52,481 bases of DNA from Acidobacteriota bacterium (GTDB lineage Bacteria; Acidobacteriota; Vicinamibacteria; Fen-336), in the NCBI GenBank assembly GCA_022340545.1, contig JAJDNV010000255.1:1-52481 (forward strand), given 5' to 3'. Both the position numbers and the translations under genes were made by a program. Numbering within the stretch: position 1 is the first letter of the stretch; every line of letters starts with the position of its first letter. The notes below the pieces were generated by a model. It did not search any database. It was not told the origin of the DNA and worked only from the letters and a program-made list of their open reading frames with translations. Below, piece after piece: positions 19,501 to 28,201 of the stretch.

Positions 19501-20815
19501 CCTCTCACCGGCGATCCGGCTGGTGGCCGCCTTCAATCACCTCCACATCTTCCTGGACCCCGACCCCGACGCCGAGGCGAGCTTTGCGGAGCGGGAGCGT
19601 CTTTTTCGCCTGCCGCGCTCGAGCTGGCGCGACTACGACACGGCGCTGATCAGCGCGGGCGGCGGCGTGTTCGACCGCTCGGCGAAGGCCGTCCCGTTGT
19701 CGCCGGAGGTGCGCCGGCTGCTCGAGATCGACGCGCCGAGCGCGCCGGGGGAGGCCGTCATCCGCAAGATCCTGACCTCCAAGGTGGATCTCCTCTACAA
19801 CGGCGGGATCGGCACGTATGTCAAGGCCTCGAGCGAGGAGCACGTCGAGGTCGGCGACCGCTCGAACGATCGGGTGCGGGTGGACGCGCGCGACGTGCAG
19901 GCCCGCGTCGTCGGCGAAGGCGGCAACCTGGGCCTCACCCAGAGGGCTCGGCTCGAGTACTGGGCGGGCGGGGGACGGGTGAACACCGACGCCATCGACA
20001 ACTCCGGGGGAGTCGATGCCTCCGACCACGAGGTGAACATCAAGATCCTGCTCGACATGCTCTGCAAGAAGGGGCTGATCGAGGGGCGGAAGGAGCGCGA
20101 CCGGATCTTCCTCGACATGACCGACGACGTCGCCGACCTGGTTCTCGCCGACAACGCGGGCCAGGCCCTGGCCCTGAGCCTGGACGGCCGGCGCAGCGTG
20201 CGGGACTACGAGGCGTTCGTCAGCCTGTTCGACGACATGGCGGGGGCGGGGCTCCTCAACCGGGCGGACGAGTTCGTGCCCCGGCGCAAGGAGCTGCTCG
20301 CGAGCCCGACCCGCGAACGTGGTCTCCCGCGGCCCCTTCTCGGCGTCCTGCTCGGCTACGCGAAGATGTCGGTCTACCAGCTCCTTCTCGAGACCGACTT
20401 CCCCGACCGCCCGGCCGCGCGGCCGTTCCTCGATGGCTACTTCCCGGCGCTCCTGCGGGAGCGCTTCGCCGAGCACTTCGAGGAGCACGTCCTCCGACGG
20501 GAGATCGTCGCCACCGCAGCCGTCAACTACCTGATCAATCGGGGAGGCGTCACGCTGCTGCCCCGACTCACCGGCGTGGCCGAGGTCTTGATCGGTGATG
20601 CGGTGGCGGCGTGGGTCGAGATCGACCGGGAGGCCGAGGCCGAGGCGCTGCGCGAGGCACTGCTCGCGGCCCGGCGCCCCGCCCGCGAGGAGCAGGAGGC
20701 GCTTCTCGAGATCGAAGACGCGCTCGAGATCTCGGTGGCCGAGAGACTCGCGGGGGGGACGGGCGAGGGAGCGGAGAAGGCGCTGCGGGCCATCCGAGAA
20801 CGGCTGGCGCTGTGA
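16523..20815 (+). CDS. gdhB: Large NAD-specific glutamate dehydrogenase (~1430 aa)
   Basis: HLRGGRVARGGIRWSDR, LMKTQMVKN, GSKGGF, YLVVAADKGTA, GDAFASGGS, GDMGGDVFGNG, EGGNLG, DAIDNSGGV. Confidence 0.93.
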   Translation: MVPGDPGKRAARLAEVVEIVGREVAPEQRDLALSFVSLVFEDLPPRIALELPAPAVAARLLSHFHFVAREMPPPHQLYRGLPGIHVAVWNPADERARALGGGAGLPIETTIVQTHTPDRPFIFDSLKNYFQRSGDRVYSAIHPMFTVRRQWERVVSFGGMQDEGSRESYTFFQIEPLESKDRRRRMEHEIFSLLKAVFLAVDDFADMRRSCRDLVGRLRSPRGDGDQLASARGFIEWLLEDNYIFMGTVSYRVGRDGRFYRVDETAHGAFADPALLPIVFPGVGEHIEEHLQPLSDDSRIIDLDFCTGASAIYHLEPIEDLTLREWGEDGRLQSLTFLLGRFARGAFAQRADSIPILREKQQWLLDRSGATPFSYVWRRTRATFNQLPKADLLYADVADLKRLIDRIVHVASDNEVIVEGRQGPGYETLYVAFSRLRYSYRTERELGRALGEAFGPVAFATSVSAGAVSVLIFYFDSAGLDRPVDVAEARTLVVSLVTTWEDRIAAALEQAFGEREGRRLFRRYVTPETRSGLYREVTAPEDVPADLERLEQLELRLDVRVVPRTAERVTIILYSVRGLDLTDILKTMQNLGLTVLEEMCIPLSLPEGRRCLLYRFDVEAPPERIAALLDGEGRVAEALRALDEERATDDPLNGLILSAGLGWRDVEILRTLRNHLLQIRSHWAADTVSGVLVRNAGVAGALHRAFATRFDPTLEGAEPREQAIEEADAGVEQELEAVRSLAEDEVLRALANLIAASVRTNAYQRPERPVFSIKVDSARVEGMPSPRPMYEVFLHSRRLEGIHLRGGRVARGGIRWSDRPDDYRTEVLGLMKTQMVKNSVIVPVGSKGGFVLKGPIPPRPALDEFLVDRYREYVSGLLDVTDNREDGRILHPPEVVRHDGDDAYLVVAADKGTAHLSDTANQVSSQYGFWLGDAFASGGSVGYDHKKMGITARGAWECVHHHFRNLGLDTQKDPFTVAAIGDMGGDVFGNGMLLSPAIRLVAAFNHLHIFLDPDPDAEASFAERERLFRLPRSSWRDYDTALISAGGGVFDRSAKAVPLSPEVRRLLEIDAPSAPGEAVIRKILTSKVDLLYNGGIGTYVKASSEEHVEVGDRSNDRVRVDARDVQARVVGEGGNLGLTQRARLEYWAGGGRVNTDAIDNSGGVDASDHEVNIKILLDMLCKKGLIEGRKERDRIFLDMTDDVADLVLADNAGQALALSLDGRRSVRDYEAFVSLFDDMAGAGLLNRADEFVPRRKELLASPTRERGLPRPLLGVLLGYAKMSVYQLLLETDFPDRPAARPFLDGYFPALLRERFAEHFEEHVLRREIVATAAVNYLINRGGVTLLPRLTGVAEVLIGDAVAAWVEIDREAEAEALREALLAARRPAREEQEALLEIEDALEISVAERLAGGTGEGAEKALRAIRERLAL

Positions 20816-21075
20816 GCCGGGGAGACCGACCCCCCGCCGCCCGGCCACCCGGACCCTTCGGCTCATGCCCGCCCGCCGGCCTCCGGCGCTCCTAGTCCGC
20901 TTGGCTCATGGGCCGGCAGCCCCCCTTCGTCTATCATCGGAGAGATCAGTGCTGTCGATGGATCCTCGTCCATTCGGGGCGACTTGGAACGGCAGCGAGA
21001 CCGCGCCCCGATGGCTGAGCCCACTCTCGCTCCTACCCGCCACCGGGCTCACCACATCCTCAGGGGGATAACCAT

Positions 21076-22437
21076 ATGAACGACTACGTTTCCGCCCTCC
21101 TGGTCGACGTCCAGGGCAAGAACCCGGCCGAGCCGGAGTTCCATCAGGCCGTCCAGGAGGTTGCCGAGTCACTGGCCCTGGTGCTGGACCGTCATCCGGA
21201 GTACCGGCACTCCCGGGTCCTCGAGCGGATCATCGAGCCCGAGCGGGTCATCCTGTTCCGGGTGCCCTGGGTGGACGACAAGGGGGAGGTGCAGATCAAC
21301 CGCGGGTTCCGAATCGAGATGAACAGCGCGATCGGCCCGTACAAGGGAGGGTTGCGATTCCACCCTTCAGTGAACCTCGGCATCCTGAAGTTCCTGGCCT
21401 TCGAGCAGGTGTTCAAGAACTCGCTCACCACCCTGCCCATGGGCGGCGGGAAGGGCGGCAGCGACTTCGACCCGAAGGGCAAGAGCGACAACGAGGTCAT
21501 GCGGTTCTGCCAGAGCTTCATGAGCGAGCTGTTCCGCCACATCGGTCCCAACACCGACGTCCCCGCCGGCGACATCGGGGTGGGGGGACGCGAGATCGGG
21601 TTCCTGTTCGGACAGTACAAGCGTCTCCGCAACGAGTTCACCGGTGTCCTCACCGGGAAGGGCCTGAACTGGGGCGGGTCGCTCATCCGGCCCGAGGCGA
21701 CCGGCTACGGGTGCGTGTACTTCGCGCAGGAGATGCTGGGCACGCGCAAGGAGACCCTGGAGGGCAAGGTCTGCCTCGTCTCCGGCAGCGGCAACGTGGC
21801 CCAGTACACCGTGGAGAAGCTCCTCGACCTTGGAGGCAAACCGGTGACGTTGTCCGACTCGAGCGGCAGCATCTTCGACGAGGCCGGCATCGACCGCGAG
21901 AAGCTGAGCTTCGTGATGGACCTGAAGAACGTCCGGCGGGGTCGTATCAAGGAGTACGCCGAGAAGTATCAGTCAGCGGTCTACACCGAGACCGATCCCA
22001 GGCTGGACCACAATCCCCTCTGGGACCACAAGGCCCAGTGCGCGTTCCCGTCGGCGACCCAGAACGAGATCAACGGCAAGGACGCGGCCAATCTGCTCCG
22101 GCAGGGTGTCTACGTCATCGGCGAAGGTGCCAACATGCCGGCCACCGTCGAGGCGGTCAACCAGTTCGTGGACGCGGGCATCCTGTACGGGCCGGGCAAG
22201 GCCGCCAACGCCGGCGGAGTAGCGGTGTCCGGGCTGGAAATGGCCCAGAACAGCATGCGCTACGGCTGGACCCGGAAGGAGGTCGACAACCGGCTCCAGC
22301 TCATCATGAGCAGCATCCACGAGGCCTGCGTGGGGACCGCGGATCGCTTCGGGGTCCCGGGAAACTACGTCGACGGGGCCAACATCGCGGGCTTCCTCAA
22401 GGTCGCGGACGCGATGATGGACCAGGGAGTCGTGTAG
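21076..22437 (+). CDS. gdhA: NADP-specific glutamate dehydrogenase
   Basis: GPYKGGLRFHPSV, LPMGGGKGGSDF, DVPAGDIGVG, RPEATGYG, GSGNVA, GKAANAGGV. Confidence 0.96.
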   Translation: MNDYVSALLVDVQGKNPAEPEFHQAVQEVAESLALVLDRHPEYRHSRVLERIIEPERVILFRVPWVDDKGEVQINRGFRIEMNSAIGPYKGGLRFHPSVNLGILKFLAFEQVFKNSLTTLPMGGGKGGSDFDPKGKSDNEVMRFCQSFMSELFRHIGPNTDVPAGDIGVGGREIGFLFGQYKRLRNEFTGVLTGKGLNWGGSLIRPEATGYGCVYFAQEMLGTRKETLEGKVCLVSGSGNVAQYTVEKLLDLGGKPVTLSDSSGSIFDEAGIDREKLSFVMDLKNVRRGRIKEYAEKYQSAVYTETDPRLDHNPLWDHKAQCAFPSATQNEINGKDAANLLRQGVYVIGEGANMPATVEAVNQFVDAGILYGPGKAANAGGVAVSGLEMAQNSMRYGWTRKEVDNRLQLIMSSIHEACVGTADRFGVPGNYVDGANIAGFLKVADAMMDQGVV

Positions 22438-22614
22438 CGGGACTCCGAAGTCGTGTGAGCATCGCAGACCACGTGGCGAGGGGCGCGGCGGGCGGGGTGC
22501 ACGCCGTGCCCCCGCAGAGCCCGGCGTGGTCGAGCGTCGGGCGACTTCCGCGACACCCAGGTTCGTACCCGGTCCCGTCGTGCTAGGCTTCCCGCCGAAG
22601 AGGGCACCATCGCG

Positions 22615-25572
22615 ATGAGCACGACCGACGGCCGGCGTCGATACCACGACTACCAGGACCTGATGCGGTACCGCATCATGGACATCCTGCTGGTGTCGAC
22701 GCCCTACGACACGTTCATACTGGAGGAGGCGGGCGAGCTCGCGGAGCGGATGCTCGGCGAGTTCCGCAACCTGGATCTGCACTACGCGCCCGCCCTCAAC
22801 GGGGTCACCTCCGGGGCGGCTGCCCTCCGGCTCGCCCGTGAGCGACGCATCAACCTGATCATCACCACGCCGTACCTTCCGGACATGGACGCGGCCGAGC
22901 TCGCCAGGCAGGTGAAGGAGGCGAGGCTGGACGTTCCGGTCGTCCTCCTGGCCTGGGACACCCGGGAGCTGCGGGAGTTCGAGGCCCGGGCCGACACGTC
23001 CGCGATCGAGCGGAGCTTCCTATGGCAGGGCGACGCGCGCATCCTCGTCGCCATCGTGAAGTCGGTCGAGGACCGGCGGAACGTCGATCACGACACCCGC
23101 TCGGTCGGGGTGCAGGTGATTCTCCTCATCGAGGACAACGTCCGCTACTACTCCTCGTTCCTTCCCGTCATCTACGCCGAGCTCCTCCAGCACTCGCGGC
23201 GGGTGGTCAAGGAAGGCATCAACCTGTCCCAGCAGATTCTGCGGATGCGGGCGCGTCCGAAGATCCTGCTGTGCACGACGTGGGAGGAAGCGGAGGAGAT
23301 CTTCGACAAGTACGCGGAGGACGTCCTCGGGGTCATCTCGGATGTCCAGTTCCCCCGCGGAGGGGTGAAGAGCCCGCAGGCCGGTGCCGACTTCGCGCGG
23401 CACGTGGGAGAGGCCTATCCGGACGTCCCGATCATCCTCCACTCCTCGCGTCCGGAGAACGAGGCCCTCGCCGAGAAGGTGGGGTCCAACTTCCTTCTCA
23501 AGGGCTCACCACTCCTCCTGCAGGAGCTCCGCAAGGTGATGCTGCAGGACTTCGCCTTCGGCGACTTCATCTTCAAGGACCGGGCCGGGAACGAGCTGAC
23601 CCGGGCCGCCGACCTGCGGGAGATGGAGGAGAAGCTGACCGTGGTGCCCCCGGAGTCGATCATCCGCCACGCCGAGCGCAACCACTTCTCACGCTGGCTC
23701 AAGGCGCGGACGGAGTTCGCCCTCGCCCACGAGCTGCGGCCTCGCCGCCTGAGCGACTACGGAGACATCGAGGGGCTTCGGGAGAACCTCATCCAGACCA
23801 TCAAGCGGTACCGCGTGGAGCAGAGCCAGATCCTGGTGACCGACTTCGACCGATCGACCTTCGACTTGAGCGGCGACTTCTATCGGATCGGCGGCGGCTC
23901 GCTCGGGGGCAAGGCCCGTGGGCTTGCCTTCGTCCGGCGGATGCTGGGCGAGCGGCGGCTGCGGAACCACTTCGACGGCGTAGAGGTGGCGGTTCCCGAG
24001 ACCGCGGTGCTCGGAACCGATATCTTCGACAACTTCCTCGACCTGAACGACCTCAAGCTCTTCGCCATCGAGTGCGACGAAGACGAGGAGATCCAGCGCC
24101 GGTTCGTGGCCGCTCGCTTCCCGGAGGGAGCGGAGCGGGACGTGGCCGCCTTTCTGGAGAAGGCGGCGTGGCCCCTGGCCGTCAGGTCCTCGAGCCTGCT
24201 CGAGGACTCGCAGCACCAGCCGTTCACCGGGGTCTACGAGACCCTGATGCTCCCGAACAACGAATGGAGCCTCGGGGAGCGACTTGAGCGCGCGCTCGAG
24301 GCGATCAAGCGTGTCTACGCCTCGACCTTCTCGCAGCACGCCAAGGCCTACCTGCGGGCCACTCCCTACCGGCTGGAAGAGGAGAAGATGGCCGTGCTCC
24401 TCCAGCGCATCGTGGGCTCGGCGCGGGGAGAACGCTTCTACCCCGACTTCTCCGGAGTGGCGCGATCTCAGAACTTCTACCCGACCCCGCCGCTCGAGGC
24501 GGGGGACGGGATCGTCGCGGTGGCCCTCGGCATGGGAAGGACGATCGTCGAGGGGGGGGCGTGTCTGCGCTTCAGCCCGAAGCATCCGAAGCACATCCTC
24601 CAGTTCTCATCAGTGCCGGAAATGCTGGCCACGACGCAGCGCGAGTTCTGGGCACTATCGCTCGAAGGTGGGGGCGGCAACGGGGGCATGCGCGAGCAGC
24701 CCTTTGAGCTCTCCGTCGCCGAGAAGGACGGTGCGCTCGTGGCGATGGGCTCGACCTACTCGCCGGAGAACGACGTCGTCTATGACGGCATGTCGCGGCC
24801 CGGCCCCCGGGTCGTGACCTTCGCGCCCATCCTGAAGCACGGGCGCTTCCCCCTCGCCGAGGTGATCGGGACCCTCATGGAGACCGGGGAGCGCGGCATG
24901 GGAGTGCCGGTGGAGATCGAGTTCGCGGTCAGCCTCGCCTGCCGGCCGGGGGCGCGGTGCGAGTTCGGGTTCCTGCAGCTGCGTCCACTCTCGCTCAGCC
25001 GGGAGATGGAAGCACTCGACCTGGCCGACGTCGACCAGGCGGAGGTGCTCTGCCGGAGCGATCGGGTGCTCGGCAACGGCCGCGTCGAGGAGCTCCGCGA
25101 CCTCGTCGTGGTCGACTTTCAGCGCTTCGAGCGCGCGCAGAGCCGGGAGGCGGCGGCGGAGGTGGCCCGGCTGAACCGCCTGCTCCTCTCGGAAGAACGG
25201 CCCTACGCCCTCATCGGTGTCGGGCGGTGGGGCTCACGCGATCCCTGGCTGGGGATCCCCGTGGCGTGGGACCAGGTGGCGGGAGCGCAGGTCATCGTGG
25301 AAGCGGGTCTGCGGGACCTCAGGGTGACGCCCTCCCAGGGCACTCACTTCTTCCAGAACCTCACGTCGTTCAACGTGGGCTACTTCACCGTGAACCCCGA
25401 GATCGGAGAAGGCTACGTCGACTGGGACTGGCTCAACGCCCAGCCCGCTCTCTCGCACGCCGCCCACGTGAGGCATCTGCGCCTGGAGCACCCGATCCTG
25501 GTCCTGATGGACGGCCGGCGGAACGAGGGCCTGATCCTCAAGGACGCCCGTTCGCTCTCGGCGCCGGAGTGA
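22615..25572 (+). CDS. PEP/pyruvate-binding (PPDK_N ATP-grasp) domain protein with N-terminal receiver domains and C-terminal putative phospho-His domain
   Basis: GGKARGL, AVRSSSLLEDS, FTGVYET, EIEFA, LQLRP; receiver motifs IED/ISD/HSS/LLK; SQGTHFFQN; no C-terminal TIM barrel. Confidence 0.85.
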   Translation: MSTTDGRRRYHDYQDLMRYRIMDILLVSTPYDTFILEEAGELAERMLGEFRNLDLHYAPALNGVTSGAAALRLARERRINLIITTPYLPDMDAAELARQVKEARLDVPVVLLAWDTRELREFEARADTSAIERSFLWQGDARILVAIVKSVEDRRNVDHDTRSVGVQVILLIEDNVRYYSSFLPVIYAELLQHSRRVVKEGINLSQQILRMRARPKILLCTTWEEAEEIFDKYAEDVLGVISDVQFPRGGVKSPQAGADFARHVGEAYPDVPIILHSSRPENEALAEKVGSNFLLKGSPLLLQELRKVMLQDFAFGDFIFKDRAGNELTRAADLREMEEKLTVVPPESIIRHAERNHFSRWLKARTEFALAHELRPRRLSDYGDIEGLRENLIQTIKRYRVEQSQILVTDFDRSTFDLSGDFYRIGGGSLGGKARGLAFVRRMLGERRLRNHFDGVEVAVPETAVLGTDIFDNFLDLNDLKLFAIECDEDEEIQRRFVAARFPEGAERDVAAFLEKAAWPLAVRSSSLLEDSQHQPFTGVYETLMLPNNEWSLGERLERALEAIKRVYASTFSQHAKAYLRATPYRLEEEKMAVLLQRIVGSARGERFYPDFSGVARSQNFYPTPPLEAGDGIVAVALGMGRTIVEGGACLRFSPKHPKHILQFSSVPEMLATTQREFWALSLEGGGGNGGMREQPFELSVAEKDGALVAMGSTYSPENDVVYDGMSRPGPRVVTFAPILKHGRFPLAEVIGTLMETGERGMGVPVEIEFAVSLACRPGARCEFGFLQLRPLSLSREMEALDLADVDQAEVLCRSDRVLGNGRVEELRDLVVVDFQRFERAQSREAAAEVARLNRLLLSEERPYALIGVGRWGSRDPWLGIPVAWDQVAGAQVIVEAGLRDLRVTPSQGTHFFQNLTSFNVGYFTVNPEIGEGYVDWDWLNAQPALSHAAHVRHLRLEHPILVLMDGRRNEGLILKDARSLSAPE

Positions 25573-26614
25573 CTCTCCCCCTCCGGTCGGGCGGATCCAG
25601 GCGCCTGACGCCGATCGCGAACGCCCGGGCCGGGTTGTCGACGAGAAGGGTCCTCACTTGCTCCTCGCTCAGACCACGGTCGTGGAGCACCGGCACGAAC
25701 TCCTCGAAGAGGAACGTCTGCGACCGGTAGGAGCCGCCACCGCGCTCTCCGACGTGGTACCAGCCCGCGTCCTGGGACACGAGCACGTGGTCCAGGTACC
25801 CGGCCTGCGTCATGTCGACCACGGCGTCGGCGTGAGCGTCCATCGAGTGCGGGCCGACGCCGTCGAACTCCACCCACGCTCCCTCGCTGGCCGCCCAGGC
25901 GTGGGTCGAGCGATCCTCCTCGTTCTGGGCGTGCACCCAGACCCAGGCCGCCGGGGCCACCCCGGCGGCCGTCAAGGTTCCGAGAACCTCGCGGGCCGCG
26001 CCCTTGCCGGTGTGGACGGCGATCGTCAGGCCGGTGTCGAGGTGGCAGAGGGCGGCGGCCTCCACGAGCTTCCTGTCGATCTCGGACAGCGCCCCCGAGT
26101 CCACGCCGACCTTGAGGAAGCCCGGCCGAACGTCCGTGCCCTCGATGCCATGGCGAAACTCCCGCGTCCAACGGTCGGCCAGCTGCCGGGGGCTCTCCCG
26201 ATAGGCATGCTCAGGTACGTGCTTGTCGTCGTTGGCGCCGTAGTAGCCGGTATTCGTGACGATCTGCAGGGCGCTCGCTTCGGACAAGCGGCGCAGCAGG
26301 AGCGGATCGCGGCCCAGATAGGCCGGCGTCGCCTCGATCAGCGTCTGACACCCGCACTCACGCAGCGCGACCAGGTGGGGGAGGACGGTCTCGAAGACCT
26401 CGTCGGCGTCGTACCGGTCCCGACTGACCTGATCTGCGCCCGCGAAGTCCACCAGGAGGTGCTCGTGCACGAGGGTCGTTCCCAGCGCGCTCGGTTCGAC
26501 CGGACCACGGACGGTCAGGATGAGTCCGAGGTCGCTCTCGGTCGGCGCGCCCGGTGCGCGGCAGGCCAGGGGCAGGCCCGCGGCGAGGCTGGCGAGAAAG
26601 GTCCGTCGCTCCAT
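25538..26614 (-). CDS. Phosphotriesterase-family amidohydrolase, Tat lipoprotein-like signal
   Basis: MERRTFL...LPLAC; HEH, GFLKVG, AVHTG, WVHAQ, VSQDAG. Confidence 0.88.
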   Translation of the reverse strand: MERRTFLASLAAGLPLACRAPGAPTESDLGLILTVRGPVEPSALGTTLVHEHLLVDFAGADQVSRDRYDADEVFETVLPHLVALRECGCQTLIEATPAYLGRDPLLLRRLSEASALQIVTNTGYYGANDDKHVPEHAYRESPRQLADRWTREFRHGIEGTDVRPGFLKVGVDSGALSEIDRKLVEAAALCHLDTGLTIAVHTGKGAAREVLGTLTAAGVAPAAWVWVHAQNEEDRSTHAWAASEGAWVEFDGVGPHSMDAHADAVVDMTQAGYLDHVLVSQDAGWYHVGERGGGSYRSQTFLFEEFVPVLHDRGLSEEQVRTLLVDNPARAFAIGVRRLDPPDRRGRVTPAPRANGRP

Positions 26615-26672
26615 GGATCCGTGGCCGTGCGTCGGCCGGAGCGTGCCCGGGGCGGCCCCGGCCGAAGTGACC

Positions 26673-28037
26673 TCAGGCCTTCCTCAGGACGTCTGTGTCG
26701 CGGTCCCAGTAGACGGGCATCCTGCGCTTGATCGACTCGTTCACCATGTGGGCCACCGCGGCGGCGTGGTGTCCGGCGCGTGCGTCCTCGCTGGACGGCT
26801 TCCGCGTCCGGACGGAGTCGATGAATCGGCTCATGTGGACGATCGTCGCGTCGGGGCCGACCTCGGACCAGGACTCCCCCTCGCTGTTCATCGCCGACGG
26901 CCACGTGTTCGGCATCTCGCGCTTCTGGACCTCGGGGTCCGCCCAGTAGGCCTCCTCGAGGGCCGAGGGCCAGGAGGCGACGATCCAGCCGTTGCCCTCG
27001 ACCGGATTCTCGGGGGTAAAGACCAGTTCGTTCCCCCGGAACACGAGCGCGCCCTCGGTGCCCATGATCGTGAAGCCGCTCTGGCTGGCCGAGGAGTTGT
27101 TGAAGGTGCCGCCCAACGAAACGGTGAAGCCCTCCTTGGGATAGGTGGCGGCCGCGACCAGGGTGTCCGGGACCTCGTGCGTTTTCTTGTGGAGGTAGTT
27201 CTGGCCGGTGGCCATCACCATGTCCGCCATCTCCGCGTCCATGACGTAGTGGATAGTGGTCATCAGGTGGACAAAGAGATCCGTGGAGATGCCGCCCGAG
27301 TAGTCCCAGTAGCAGCGCCACCGGAAGAACCGCTCGAGGCTGAAGGGCCTCTTCGGCGCGGGACCGACGAACGCCTCCCAGTTCACCGTCTTCTCGTCGG
27401 CGTCGGGGGGGATCGGGTAGAGCCAGGCTCCCGAGTCGGTGTTGCGGTCGTAGGTGGCGCGTATGAGCGTGATCTTCCCGAGCTTGCCCGACTTCACGAT
27501 CTCGCGGGCCGTTTGCTGGAGCTTCGAGCTCATGCCCTGGCTGCCAATCTGGAGGATCCGGTTCGACGTGTCGGCGGCCGCGATGAACTCAGGGCCTTCG
27601 TCGATCGTCAGCGTCATCGGCTTCTCGAGGTACACGTCCTTGCCCGCGGCGAGGGCCTCGACCGTCTGGTCCTTGTGCCAGTGGTCGGGCGTCGCGATGA
27701 TGACCGCGTCGATCGACGGATCGGCCAGGAGGGCACGCCAGTCCCCGTAGTCCCTCGCTCGCCCGTTCGTTCTCTCGATGGCCCGGGCGACGCGGCCCTT
27801 GTAGGCGTCGCAGACACCCACGATCTCGACACCGGGGTGGGCCAGGGCCGACTGCATCACGCCCGATTGCACGCGGGCCCCGACCCCGATGATGCCCATC
27901 TGAATGCGGTCGTTGGCCGGGACGGGCCGGGCGGCGGCTCCGGGCTCGGCGCCCACGGAACGCGCGACGAGCGGCGCCGCCGCCGCCCCGACCAGGCTGC
28001 GCTGCATGAATTGACGGCGGTTGATCCCTGGCTTCAT
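26673..28037 (-). CDS. Gfo/Idh/MocA family oxidoreductase, Tat signal
   Basis: NRRQFMQ; IIGVGAR, IATPDHWH, GKDVYLEKP, WRCYWDYSGG. Confidence 0.92.
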   Translation of the reverse strand: MKPGINRRQFMQRSLVGAAAAPLVARSVGAEPGAAARPVPANDRIQMGIIGVGARVQSGVMQSALAHPGVEIVGVCDAYKGRVARAIERTNGRARDYGDWRALLADPSIDAVIIATPDHWHKDQTVEALAAGKDVYLEKPMTLTIDEGPEFIAAADTSNRILQIGSQGMSSKLQQTAREIVKSGKLGKITLIRATYDRNTDSGAWLYPIPPDADEKTVNWEAFVGPAPKRPFSLERFFRWRCYWDYSGGISTDLFVHLMTTIHYVMDAEMADMVMATGQNYLHKKTHEVPDTLVAAATYPKEGFTVSLGGTFNNSSASQSGFTIMGTEGALVFRGNELVFTPENPVEGNGWIVASWPSALEEAYWADPEVQKREMPNTWPSAMNSEGESWSEVGPDATIVHMSRFIDSVRTRKPSSEDARAGHHAAAVAHMVNESIKRRMPVYWDRDTDVLRKA

Positions 28038-28201
28038 GGCTCACCTCGCGTGGGAGGCCGCCCGAAGGCGGCTCGAGACGGAGGTTACGTTCGGGGCGGT
28101 TCCGAGGTCAAGACACGCGGGGACCCGAAAACGCGTGTCGGGGACGCGCCCGGGGGACGATGCTACGATGAGCGTTCACCCACGGATCGGAGGACGCCGT
28201 C

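Noticed and set aside
22440-22560. Nested inverted repeats after gdhA (GAAGTCG/CGACTTC, GACCACG/CGTGGTC) as an ncRNA
   Set aside because: Short arms expected by chance at this GC; at most a terminator or stability element
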